Shown here piece by piece: positions 1-7,159 of a stretch of DNA of 45,262 nucleotides. The stretch is from a virus: positions 1 through 45,262 of the IMG/VR virus record IMGVR_UViG_3300031673_000114; one strand, 5' to 3'. The notes below the pieces were generated by a model, which was not told the DNA's origin, made no database searches, and saw nothing but the letters and a program-made list of their open reading frames with translations. Both the position numbers and the translations under genes were made by a program. The first letter of the stretch is position 1. Each line of letters opens with the position of its first letter.

Positions 1-127
1 TAAATCTAACCCCCGAAATCGCGCAATTACTCGAAGCAAACGGAATCTCCCTCGAGATGCTCCAGCTTGCAACCGCTTTAACGCAATCGCCAAATGTCGC
101 AAATTTGGCAAAGGATAAACTGATTGC
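1..127. repeat. Terminal overlap: exact copy of 45136-45262 (circular closure or terminal redundancy)
   Basis: Read directly: bases 1-127 (taaatctaacccccgaaatc...ataaactgattgc) recur identically as the last 127 bases. Unit length is 45135 bp. Confidence 0.95.
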
Positions 128-545
128 GGAAAAGCGCAAAGAATACGAGGAGCGATGGCGCCAAGAAATTGGAAACCTTGTTTCCACCACTGCGCAAGAT
201 TTGCAAGATTCGGGTAATTTGCCCGACTGTTCCTTCTCTTTGACAATCGTTGTGAAAGAAGGTCGCATTGATTTCGAGGATGCAAATTCCGTTTCTTGGA
301 AAATTCTCGGACTTCGCGGTTCAGGTACACATGCCCCTACGGAACGAGCCGGAAAAAGCATAGTCTTCGACGGCGAAACTTATCCGACATTCCGAGCAGT
401 ACTTGACCATCTCGGCATCAATCCGAAGGGCGCCTCTGCCCATGTTGTCTTAGATGGCTATTGCAAAAAGCATAGTTGTCAATACGACTATGTCGAGAAG
501 TCCCCCGAAACAACTGGGGAAAACCCCGTCGAAACAACAAAGTAA
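3..545 (+). CDS. Hypothetical early protein, continuation of the gene that starts at ATG 45126 across the junction
   Basis: ORF-track 57..545 stays open upstream to base 3 in the same frame. The duplicated end carries AGGAG-N6-ATG at 45126 in that frame. No recognisable motif. Confidence 0.65.
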   Translation, partial: NLTPEIAQLLEANGISLEMLQLATALTQSPNVANLAKDKLIAEKRKEYEERWRQEIGNLVSTTAQDLQDSGNLPDCSFSLTIVVKEGRIDFEDANSVSWKILGLRGSGTHAPTERAGKSIVFDGETYPTFRAVLDHLGINPKGASAHVVLDGYCKKHSCQYDYVEKSPETTGENPVETTK

Positions 546-551
546 CCCCTA

Positions 552-597
552 AAATAAGCCTTAATCGTCAAACGGTTAGGGCTTATTTGCTTTCGGT
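552..597 (+). terminator. Candidate intrinsic terminator after the first early gene
   Basis: A 13-bp stem (552-564 pairs with 576-588, one G-U) with an 11-nt loop, followed by T-rich gctttcgg. AT-rich stem, so moderate confidence. Confidence 0.4.
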
Positions 598-691
598 ACC
601 TCTAACCTCTCGCGTTTTGGGCACTTACGGCACTTGCTTAAACCAATTTGCAAAACCCAATGGTAGCAGATTCAAACAAAAGGAGCTAATC

Positions 692-775
692 GTGAGACAT
701 CCAATAGACTATTTCTGGATTGGCGTATTAGACGCCATACTCGTTGCCTTTACTCTTATCGTCTATTTCATCTAA
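692..775 (+). CDS. Possible 27-aa hydrophobic micro-protein
   Basis: GTG start 7 nt after AAAGGAG in the conserved ACAAAAGGAGCTAATC context. Peptide VRHPIDYFWIGVLDAILVAFTLIVYFI forms one TM-like helix. The upstream part of ORF 476..775 has no RBS. Confidence 0.35.
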   Translation: MRHPIDYFWIGVLDAILVAFTLIVYFI

Positions 776-790
776 CAAAAGGAGCTACAA

Positions 791-979
791 ATGGAAGCTT
801 ACATCGAAGAAAAGGATGGACATAAGCAGCTTCACGTCGTAATTGATGTGCAGACTCCAGCCCCATCTGCATCGGGTAAAACTCTTGTCGTTGCTTCAAC
901 TCATGGTAACGTCAAAACCAATTGCCAGATTAATGGCAAAGACGTTACCATTGGACTGAACGCTTACATCCATCGTTAA
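791..979 (+). CDS. Hypothetical protein (62 aa)
   Basis: ORF track. Strong RBS acaaaaggagctacaaATG. Confidence 0.7.
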   Translation: MEAYIEEKDGHKQLHVVIDVQTPAPSASGKTLVVASTHGNVKTNCQINGKDVTIGLNAYIHR

Positions 980-1260
980 TCGTAGCGGGCTAAGGATGCC
1001 GCTCGCCGAAAGTGGGGTGCCAACTTGAAAGTACAAAAAGCTATCGTTTGTAAAAAGTATCACAAGATGATACTTTCTGTAGTTGTTAGCTCAAATATCC
1101 TGTTCGCGCAGGGAGTACCCACCAATTGTTATGCTTTGGGTATAGGGGGGGCAAACTTTTAATGGCACAAAGAGACGTATAAGTATTAAATGGCCATTAT
1201 CTTCAAGACCCCATTTAATATGGAGCCGTCCGCGTTAAGAGCATCCTCTTATACCACTAT

Positions 1261-1333
1261 GGCGGGATAGAGCAGACGGTAGCTCGCAAGGTTCATAACC
1301 TTGAGGCCGGTGGTTCGATTCCACCTCCCGCTA
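1261..1333 (+). tRNA. tRNA with anticodon CAT (elongator Met or lysidine-dependent Ile2)
   Basis: Hand-folded 73-nt cloverleaf:
- acceptor GGCGGGA/TCCCGCT (G1-U72 wobble);
- D stem GAGC/GCTC;
- anticodon stem CAAGG/CCTTG with loop TTCATAA;
- 5-nt variable loop;
- T arm GGTGG-TTCGATT-CCACC;
- discriminator A, with no encoded CCA.
It lacks the three G-C pairs and the 1-72 mismatch of initiator tRNA. Confidence 0.9.
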
Positions 1334-1357
1334 CTCATCAAACACAAAGGAGAAGGT

Positions 1358-2095
1358 ATGTGCCAAGATGTAATCTTATCACTCGTTAAATTTCAGGTCG
1401 GCAAAAAACAAAAACGAGTTGTGCTCAAGGGTGTCGGCTCACATAGCGACTTGCTCTTACGCAACCGCAAGCAACTAACTCAGCTCGGTTGGAGAGAATC
1501 CCCCACCGACGAAGTCATCTCGATTGAATCGGATTTTGCCAACGGCTGGAACCGTTACACCGTCGAGTCGGGTAGTCCCACTGCTGCCGACGCGCGTATC
1601 CTCGCCCGTGAATACAAGCGTTGCGCTGGTACAGCAAAGGCCCTCATCGCGCATGTGCGGAAATACGGATACGATGAATCACTCGCCAACTTACTATCGG
1701 CCAAAGGACAGAATGACTACCAGGCCAAGCGGAAACCTCTCACCGATGACTACTGGGCCAAGCGGAAACTTCTCGCCGATGACTACCAGGCCAAACTGAA
1801 ACTTCTCGCCGATGACCACCAGACCAAGGTGAAACCTCTCACCGATGACTACCAGACCAAGATGAAACTTCTCGACGATGACTACCAGACCAAGCGGAAA
1901 CCTCTCACCGATGACTACTGGGCCAAGCGGAAACTTCTCGACAATGACTACCAGGCCAAACTGAAACTTCTCGACGATGACCACCAGACCAAACTGAAAC
2001 TTCTCTGGCTTCGTCTCTTTGCCATGCCCACAAATCGTGCCGCACAACTCCACAAAACCCCCAAAGGAGGAAACAATGTCCGAGACAACATTTGA
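1358..2095 (+). CDS. Hypothetical protein with nine tandem 11-residue (hendecad) repeats
   Basis: ATG 1358 lies 6 nt after AAGGAGAAGG. The longer track start at 1301 would overlap the tRNA. The C-terminal half is DDYQAKRKLLx repeated nine times. Confidence 0.7.
   Translation: MCQDVILSLVKFQVGKKQKRVVLKGVGSHSDLLLRNRKQLTQLGWRESPTDEVISIESDFANGWNRYTVESGSPTAADARILAREYKRCAGTAKALIAHVRKYGYDESLANLLSAKGQNDYQAKRKPLTDDYWAKRKLLADDYQAKLKLLADDHQTKVKPLTDDYQTKMKLLDDDYQTKRKPLTDDYWAKRKLLDNDYQAKLKLLDDDHQTKLKLLWLRLFAMPTNRAAQLHKTPKGGNNVRDNI
1712..2008 (+). repeat. Nine tandem 33-bp repeats (in-frame, coding) with a 165-bp higher-order duplication
   Basis: Units start at 1712, 1745, 1778, 1811, 1844, 1877, 1910, 1943 and 1976, each (g/a)atgac(t/c)ac(c/t)(a/g)g(g/a)ccaa....aaac(c/t)tctc.... 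Units 1-4 match units 6-9 best. Confidence 0.95.
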
Positions 2096-2489
2096 AAATG
2101 CGCAAGTAGGCGATAGGGTTTACTCGTTTCTCGGTGGTAGCCCTGACGCAGACGGGCGGAATGCGACGATACGGCAGTTTCAAACCGGCAATCGGTTTTC
2201 GCTAATCGTGAGACACGACCACGGCTTCTGGAATGAATGCGCGTTCACAATAGCCGGTTTTCCCCCGAGTAGCACGGAGCAACTTCTTTTCTGGTCAAAG
2301 CCCAAATTCCAAATACCAGAACGTCCAAGGCGCAAAGTGAAAAAGACGGTGACGTTCTGGGCCGATCTATTCAAGGAAGGATGGGGCTGCTCCTATTCGA
2401 CAAAGGAAGAAGCCGATCAGGCACTACATACGAGGCACCCGAGAATCGCCTGTGTTGAACTCCGCGGTGAATACGAGGTGGAAGAATGA
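2076..2489 (+). CDS. Hypothetical protein, member of the small GD(R/K)V beta-barrel-like paralogue set
   Basis: ATG 2076 lies 7 nt after AAAGGAGG. N-terminus MSETTFENAQVGDRVYSF resembles the N-termini of ORFs at 8345, 8691, 10352 and 12025. Confidence 0.7.
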   Translation: MSETTFENAQVGDRVYSFLGGSPDADGRNATIRQFQTGNRFSLIVRHDHGFWNECAFTIAGFPPSSTEQLLFWSKPKFQIPERPRRKVKKTVTFWADLFKEGWGCSYSTKEEADQALHTRHPRIACVELRGEYEVEE

Positions 2490-2632
2490 AAAGATTTTCA
2501 ACTCTCGATAAGGCAATTTGGACACTCCTTATCGTCGTGGAAAGCATCGCCATTGGGGTTGGGCTTAATGCTCCCGTATGGCTATTTGTCGTCGAGGGGA
2601 TGCTCTTTACTTACGCAATCTGGATATCTTAA
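2486..2632 (+). CDS. Possible 48-aa two-TM membrane protein
   Basis: ATGA start/stop overlap with the upstream gene. Peptide MKRFSTLDKAIWTLLIVVESIAIGVGLNAPVWLFVVEGMLFTYAIWIS. Below the ORF-track length cutoff. Confidence 0.45.
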   Translation: MKRFSTLDKAIWTLLIVVESIAIGVGLNAPVWLFVVEGMLFTYAIWIS

Positions 2633-2650
2633 ACAAAAAGGAGTAATAGT

Positions 2651-2824
2651 ATGGCCCGTGACGTTCCACCACAATCGCCAGCAAAGCCTAAACTCTACTG
2701 GCCTTCTGCAAAACTGGGGACTTATAAGAAGTCTCTTCCAACTCCAACAGAGGCAAGTTTGAAAACACTTAAAATTGAGCCAATGGAAAATCGAGCTCAG
2801 GCCCGACATCCTAAGAAACATTAA
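2651..2824 (+). CDS. Hypothetical basic protein (57 aa)
   Basis: Read by hand: aaacaaaaaggagtaatagtATG, then MARDVPPQSPAKPKLYWPSAKLGTYKK.... Preferred over track ORF 2553..2762, which has no RBS. Confidence 0.5.
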   Translation: MARDVPPQSPAKPKLYWPSAKLGTYKKSLPTPTEASLKTLKIEPMENRAQARHPKKH

Positions 2825-2912
2825 TACCGTTTTAACGGTTGGCCCATTAGCACCATAAACCGCTTTTATCCCTTTTGTGCGGTGAGAATCCGGTAGTTCT
2901 CTGGGCCACAAT

Positions 2913-3239
2913 ATGAAAAAACTTCGCGTAATCATTATTCGGTATCCACAGGGATTTAAACTCCAAATTACCGAACAAACCCATCGAAGTACTGAATTTG
3001 GAGAGGGTAAACCCAGTTACTACTTTTGTGCCAGTAATGGTATTAACCTGAAGTCGGTAGATCATCCCGCTCTTGTTAATGATACCCGCACACTCTATGT
3101 GAGAGGAAAAGAGACCGGGCAAGATAATATGCTGTTTGCTTCTGGAGACAGCACATATGTGCCTTTACGCGATATACCTCTTCTATGTCGAGTGCTTGAT
3201 GCGGTTGCCGAGTATAACAAACATTTTAAGGATAAATGA
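2913..3239 (+). CDS. Hypothetical protein, paralogue 1 of 3
   Basis: ORF track. C-terminal helix LLCRVLDAVAEYNKHFK is shared with the next two genes. Confidence 0.65.
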   Translation: MKKLRVIIIRYPQGFKLQITEQTHRSTEFGEGKPSYYFCASNGINLKSVDHPALVNDTRTLYVRGKETGQDNMLFASGDSTYVPLRDIPLLCRVLDAVAEYNKHFKDK

Positions 3240-3538
3240 TGCTAATTACCCATAGGGTCATCCAAGTTGATACCCATTTTATAGTGGATGTAAGTTTGGA
3301 AAGAGCGATTGACCCTTTTTCCATAACATCCATTCCCTCCATACGTCTTTTGTCATGGTGGGGTTGTGGTTTTATAGCCCGATTTGCGGAACGGGAATCC
3401 CATCTAAGTATATGGTTACCCACGGGTGATCCTCTGACGGGAGCTGTGTACTGTAAAGATAAACGAGAAGTTAAGATACTATTAGATGCCATTGCTCAAC
3501 TAAATGAAGTCTACAAGAGGCAATATGGCTTACGTTGA
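3236..3538 (+). CDS. Hypothetical protein, paralogue 2 of 3
   Basis: ATGA overlap with the upstream gene. C-terminus KILLDAIAQLNEVYKRQY. Confidence 0.65.
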   Translation: MMLITHRVIQVDTHFIVDVSLERAIDPFSITSIPSIRLLSWWGCGFIARFAERESHLSIWLPTGDPLTGAVYCKDKREVKILLDAIAQLNEVYKRQYGLR

Positions 3539-3797
3539 TGCCCAATTAGTGAAAATTGAATCCGATATTTTCTTGTATATCAAAGCTTTTTCCCTATGGC
3601 CAACTGAAAATATGGTCTATTACGAGGGATTGCGCTACCGGCTCATTCGCGATCATGCTGATTTACACCAGGTGTCAGGTCAATATCTGTACCTTACAAC
3701 AACACATACAAGCGGTATAGTATATGGTGTCTATAATAAGGATGCTCTTCTTTGGATGGATATTATCAAGGAATTGAATAACACTTATAAGGAGTAA
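3525..3797 (+). CDS. Hypothetical protein, paralogue 3 of 3
   Basis: ATG 3525 lies 4 nt after AAGAGG (track start 3504 has no RBS). C-terminus LLWMDIIKELNNTYKE. Confidence 0.6.
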   Translation: MAYVDAQLVKIESDIFLYIKAFSLWPTENMVYYEGLRYRLIRDHADLHQVSGQYLYLTTTHTSGIVYGVYNKDALLWMDIIKELNNTYKE

Positions 3798-3799
3798 CT

Positions 3800-4318
3800 A
3801 TGGCTAATCTTTTTGGAAAACGCATTACGTCTTGTAGGGTGCGGGCGTTTTGCTTAGAACATCATACTATGCATGAAATAAATGCTATCTACGAGGCGGT
3901 AGATATGCCATATGGTGTCTATGCTCTTAAATGTGCTGACGACGAGGAGGCCGAACAAATTCCCAATGAGATTTATACATCGGGATTGTATTACGAGGCG
4001 CGACTTCAGGCGGATAATACATATCTTGCCGTACAGGTTTTAACTCCACCGACACGCCAAAAGGTAAGAAAAATCAAGGTGGATAATCGTCCCGCCATCT
4101 TGCGAGATGCGCTTCGACATCTCGGAGAAGGGTTTATAATAGTCGATACTCTCCCTTGCTCGCGGTGCGGTGCTAAAGTAGCTCAAAGCCTTGTACTGCT
4201 TAATGCTCCATACGAAGGATATGCCGTTGTTCTGTGCGATAAGTGTCAGCCACACCAACAAACGGTTACATTATACCGCAGAGACGGTACACAAATCGAG
4301 CGCGGAATCGAACAATGA
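3800..4318 (+). CDS. Hypothetical protein with C-terminal CxxC...CxxC zinc-ribbon-like motif
   Basis: RBS taaggagtaactATG. Motif CSRCGAKV...VLCDKCQ. Confidence 0.7.
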   Translation: MANLFGKRITSCRVRAFCLEHHTMHEINAIYEAVDMPYGVYALKCADDEEAEQIPNEIYTSGLYYEARLQADNTYLAVQVLTPPTRQKVRKIKVDNRPAILRDALRHLGEGFIIVDTLPCSRCGAKVAQSLVLLNAPYEGYAVVLCDKCQPHQQTVTLYRRDGTQIERGIEQ

Positions 4319-4389
4319 GTTTCGGATTGGTCGATGGACAATCCGTATTGCTAACATACCATCGAAAATCAACCAAAAGGAGACATACT

Positions 4390-4773
4390 GTGAAAAAGTA
4401 TGCTTTCAAAGTCCTGTCTGTTGACGGGAAAAAGCTGGCTTCCGCTCGCGCCCAAGGACAAGCCAAACATTACTTCAAACTCGGCGCTGTTACCAGTCCC
4501 AAGAAACGCTTCAGCAAATACGGGCTTGCCTGCTTTATTAGCTATCCAGATGCTCGGACGTTTGCCGAGAAACAGACCAGCTTGAATCCCAATCTTGCCG
4601 CTGGCCTCTCTCTGGTAATTGCGGTGGCGGAGGTGTCGGGCGAGATGAAACCTCCTACTCCGATGTATCTCCGTGACCTGAAAAACGGGAAGTTCACTCC
4701 TCGTCAGGAATCTTACAAGTTCCCCGCAGGTACGGTGTTCTATCGGAACGTGAAACCGCTTACTCTGCTCTAA
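4390..4773 (+). CDS. Hypothetical protein (127 aa from GTG 4390; alternative ATG 4315)
   Basis: GTG lies 7 nt after AAAGGAG in the conserved CAAAAGGAG context. ATG 4315 (ATGA overlap with the upstream stop) is the alternative start. Confidence 0.6.
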   Translation: MKKYAFKVLSVDGKKLASARAQGQAKHYFKLGAVTSPKKRFSKYGLACFISYPDARTFAEKQTSLNPNLAAGLSLVIAVAEVSGEMKPPTPMYLRDLKNGKFTPRQESYKFPAGTVFYRNVKPLTLL

Positions 4774-4782
4774 TTCTCGTGC

Positions 4783-4822
4783 GCGAGGGGCTGGGGGTTC
4801 ACCAGCCTCCGCCCTTTTATTT
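4783..4822 (+). terminator. Rho-independent terminator or attenuator
   Basis: GC-rich stem (ggctgg 4789-4794 pairs with ccagcc 4802-4807, extended by further pairs) with a 7-nt loop, followed by ccttttattt. The next RBS starts right after the T-run. Confidence 0.6.
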
Positions 4823-4832
4823 AAGGAGATTT

Positions 4833-5024
4833 ATGTCAAAGCAACCACAAAACGAGCGACCACGAACGCTTATTGCATACAACGATAAGGGAATATATGC
4901 AAGTTGGTGTATGTCCCCGTATACTACCCTGTCTGTACTTCAGGCTTATTGTAGGCGGCATAATCTACAATGGATTGTGGTCAGTTTACCTACACTGGAG
5001 GAGATTAATGCAAATAAGACTTAA
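4833..5024 (+). CDS. Hypothetical protein (63 aa)
   Basis: ATG 4833 lies 5 nt after AAGGAG. The track start at 4779 would lie inside the terminator hairpin. Confidence 0.6.
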   Translation: MSKQPQNERPRTLIAYNDKGIYASWCMSPYTTLSVLQAYCRRHNLQWIVVSLPTLEEINANKT

Positions 5025-5230
5025 TACAGAGCGTTTTTGTATGAAACCCGACCGCTATTGGCATAAAGTGGTCGATGTCCCATACCAATCCGCCGAAATG
5101 AAATTTCACTATTTCCATCAGGGAATGATTACCATCTACATCTATGGTATTACAAGATATTATCATTTAAGGGCTGTTTTCCTCGTTTTTGTATTTAATC
5201 CAATCAATTTTCACAAAAAAGGAGCTAATC

Positions 5231-5644
5231 ATGCCACTTCTTGACATGGGCATTACCTACGATAAGGGAATATACAGGGTTAGTATCCAGACCGCTCCCA
5301 TTATCGAAAACTTCTTCAAAAGTACAAGTATAAAAACCTCGGTATGGGGTGTCTCGTACTATACCCTCGAAAAGAGTCAATCCTCTCGCAAAATTATAGT
5401 AGAGGGAGTTGCCGAAATTAATGGAGAGCGATTTTCCGTCGAGCGTGTACTCTATTTAAACCGTTTCGGATTTGAATTTCATCCCGAAAATGTCTCTGCG
5501 CTTCGCAGTGTGGGAATTTCGGATGGGATTATTCTTCAATGCTCTTCATCCGCTCTCTATTCAAGGGCACTCCTTAACCAATTCTGCCAGAATATGGCAG
5601 AGGCATGTAGTGTTATTAAGCATCTAAGCAGGAGAGCGTCATGA
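5231..5644 (+). CDS. Hypothetical protein, first gene of the amidoligase cassette
   Basis: RBS cacaaaaaaggagctaatcATG. The stop overlaps the amidoligase start (ATGA at 5641-5644). No recognisable motif. Confidence 0.7.
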   Translation: MPLLDMGITYDKGIYRVSIQTAPIIENFFKSTSIKTSVWGVSYYTLEKSQSSRKIIVEGVAEINGERFSVERVLYLNRFGFEFHPENVSALRSVGISDGIILQCSSSALYSRALLNQFCQNMAEACSVIKHLSRRAS

Positions 5645-6354
5645 AACTACAAGTAATAACCGCATTCGCTCCCGAAATAGAGGGGGGATGGAATCTTGAG
5701 GCAATGGATCCCCAAGATGTGGATGGCAGAACAGTTTACGAGGAATGGCGCATTAAACCCGATGGGTCGGTAACCACATCTCACGGACAACCACGAGAGG
5801 CCGTTCCTCTATTGCCATTTCACACATTAAAACGTTTTGAAGAGGCATGGAAAGAGGTTAAACCCTATTTTCTGAGTGTTGATTCCTCCTGCGGCCTTCA
5901 CATCCATTGTAGTTTCAAAACACCAGACGGATATCGTGTCTGGAGTGATCCCAAAATGTTCGAGTTGCTCCATGAACACGATAAGGAAATTACAGGAGAT
6001 GCCTATCCACAACTTGTTGAGCGGCTAATAGACCACCCCACTACTTATGCAAAACCACTGAACGAGGCCGAAAAGCGCCATTTAAAGGAGATTGCAGAGC
6101 GGGGGATACCAGTAGACCTTGACCGAAATCGCGAGGTCAACTGGAATGCTTTTCGTAAATACGGAAGTATCGAGTTTCGCTATCTTCCGGGAGTTCCCGC
6201 AGGTTTGGTGTATCCCGTAGTCTCGAAATTTATAAAGGTGGTCGATGCGCTTACATTGGAAAACCTGCAGCAAAACGGCATTGATATCAGTCCGATCAAA
6301 TTAACCATTAAAGACATCGAAGAATTAGAGGAGATAAAACTATGTGTCGAGTAA
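5641..6354 (+). CDS. Putative amidoligase (glutamine-synthetase/GCS2-like fold, Amidoligase_2-type)
   Basis: Motifs read in the translation: APEIEGGW (ExE strand), CGLHIHCSF (HxH), GSIEFRYLPG (EFR). As I recall it, this pattern defines the Pfam Amidoligase_2 family. The adjacent Ntn amidotransferase-like gene is the family's typical neighbour. Confidence 0.65.
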   Translation: MKLQVITAFAPEIEGGWNLEAMDPQDVDGRTVYEEWRIKPDGSVTTSHGQPREAVPLLPFHTLKRFEEAWKEVKPYFLSVDSSCGLHIHCSFKTPDGYRVWSDPKMFELLHEHDKEITGDAYPQLVERLIDHPTTYAKPLNEAEKRHLKEIAERGIPVDLDRNREVNWNAFRKYGSIEFRYLPGVPAGLVYPVVSKFIKVVDALTLENLQQNGIDISPIKLTIKDIEELEEIKLCVE

Positions 6355-7148
6355 CGGCCCTGTTTGGTACAAGCAACGAGAAGGTGACAAAGGAACAATG
6401 TGCCAAACAGCTTCTAATGAACGGAATGAAGCATAATCAAGATGGCTATTTCATTAAGGCGGGAGCGGCCTCTTTGCGTACACTTGATAAAGCACAGTAC
6501 GTCAGGTATTTCAACAAAAAACAAAGCGTAATCGCTTCTGCCCCAATGGTATTCATGCACCAGAGAACAAGCACCAATAAGGTATCGCAGGAATTTGTGC
6601 ATGGATGGAAACTGGAACAATACTATTGTGCCCATAATGGCGTCGGTTCACACATCCCCTCAATAGCGACGGGTAACGATTCCCTCGACTTATTCAGTGG
6701 CATTGATACCGATTCTGCTGATGCCGTGAAAGCGGCTTATGTTCGCGATGGCGATGGAACGTATTTTATGCTGGATGAGGAGGGCAGCGGCTATATCTTC
6801 GGGGAAACCATCTATGTTGCGGTTCCTGATGCCAATCATGAATTATGGGCATTTTCTTCAAAAGAGGACGTGTTTAATAATAAGTACGAGTACTTTACCG
6901 AGAAATTAGTAAAGGCAATCGGAGTAATTAACATCGTAGAAAAGGAGAACCAAAAACTCTCGTTTCCTACATGGACGGCCGTCGAACTTAGAGATACCTT
7001 ACTGGTCTTAAAGACTGGCGTCCCCATTCGTGAGGAACGACTGCCTCAAGTGACAGCCTATTCCACTCTTTATAACGTTCATGCGGGATACACCGAATAT
7101 GCCGAACGGAGTATTGTAAGACAAAACACGATATATGACGGTGAATAA
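6342..7148 (+). CDS. Class-II (Ntn) glutamine amidotransferase-like protein or thiol peptidase
   Basis: The N-terminus MCRVTALFG has the Cys2 nucleophile exposed after Met removal. Also MHQRTSTNKVSQEFVHGW (HxRxxT...N.H) and CAHNGVGSH (HNG). It overlaps the amidoligase by 13 nt. Confidence 0.65.
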   Translation: MCRVTALFGTSNEKVTKEQCAKQLLMNGMKHNQDGYFIKAGAASLRTLDKAQYVRYFNKKQSVIASAPMVFMHQRTSTNKVSQEFVHGWKLEQYYCAHNGVGSHIPSIATGNDSLDLFSGIDTDSADAVKAAYVRDGDGTYFMLDEEGSGYIFGETIYVAVPDANHELWAFSSKEDVFNNKYEYFTEKLVKAIGVINIVEKENQKLSFPTWTAVELRDTLLVLKTGVPIREERLPQVTAYSTLYNVHAGYTEYAERSIVRQNTIYDGE

Positions 7149-7159
7149 GTCAATAGTAC

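Noticed and set aside
476-775. Full-length ORF 476..775 and ORF 2553..2762
   Set aside because: Their 5' parts overlap better-supported genes or hairpins and lack an RBS. In each case only a short RBS-preceded alternative (692-775; 2651-2824 in another frame) is retained, at low confidence.
1712-2008. Could the 33-bp tandem repeats be a CRISPR array?
   Set aside because: The units are contiguous with no spacers and are in frame within a coding sequence. No cas genes or leader are present.
1694-2183. Minus-strand ORFs 1694..2053 and 1905..2183, and plus-strand ORF 1524..1799, across the repeat array
   Set aside because: They are open only because the 33-bp periodic repeat lacks stops in several frames. 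They have no RBS, give low-complexity repetitive translations and overlap the RBS-supported sense gene.
4873-5244. ORF 4873..5244 (or ATG 5041) filling the gap before the amidoligase cassette
   Set aside because: It has no RBS, overlaps gene 4833-5024 in another frame and runs over the RBS and start of 5231. A short gene from ATG 5041 cannot be excluded, but it is unsupported.
4882-5274. A 16-nt exact repeat acgataagggaatata at about 4882 and about 5259, both encoding DKGIY
   Set aside because: A single 16-mer coincidence is only weakly significant in 45 kb (expected about 0.2). The flanking protein sequences do not align convincingly.
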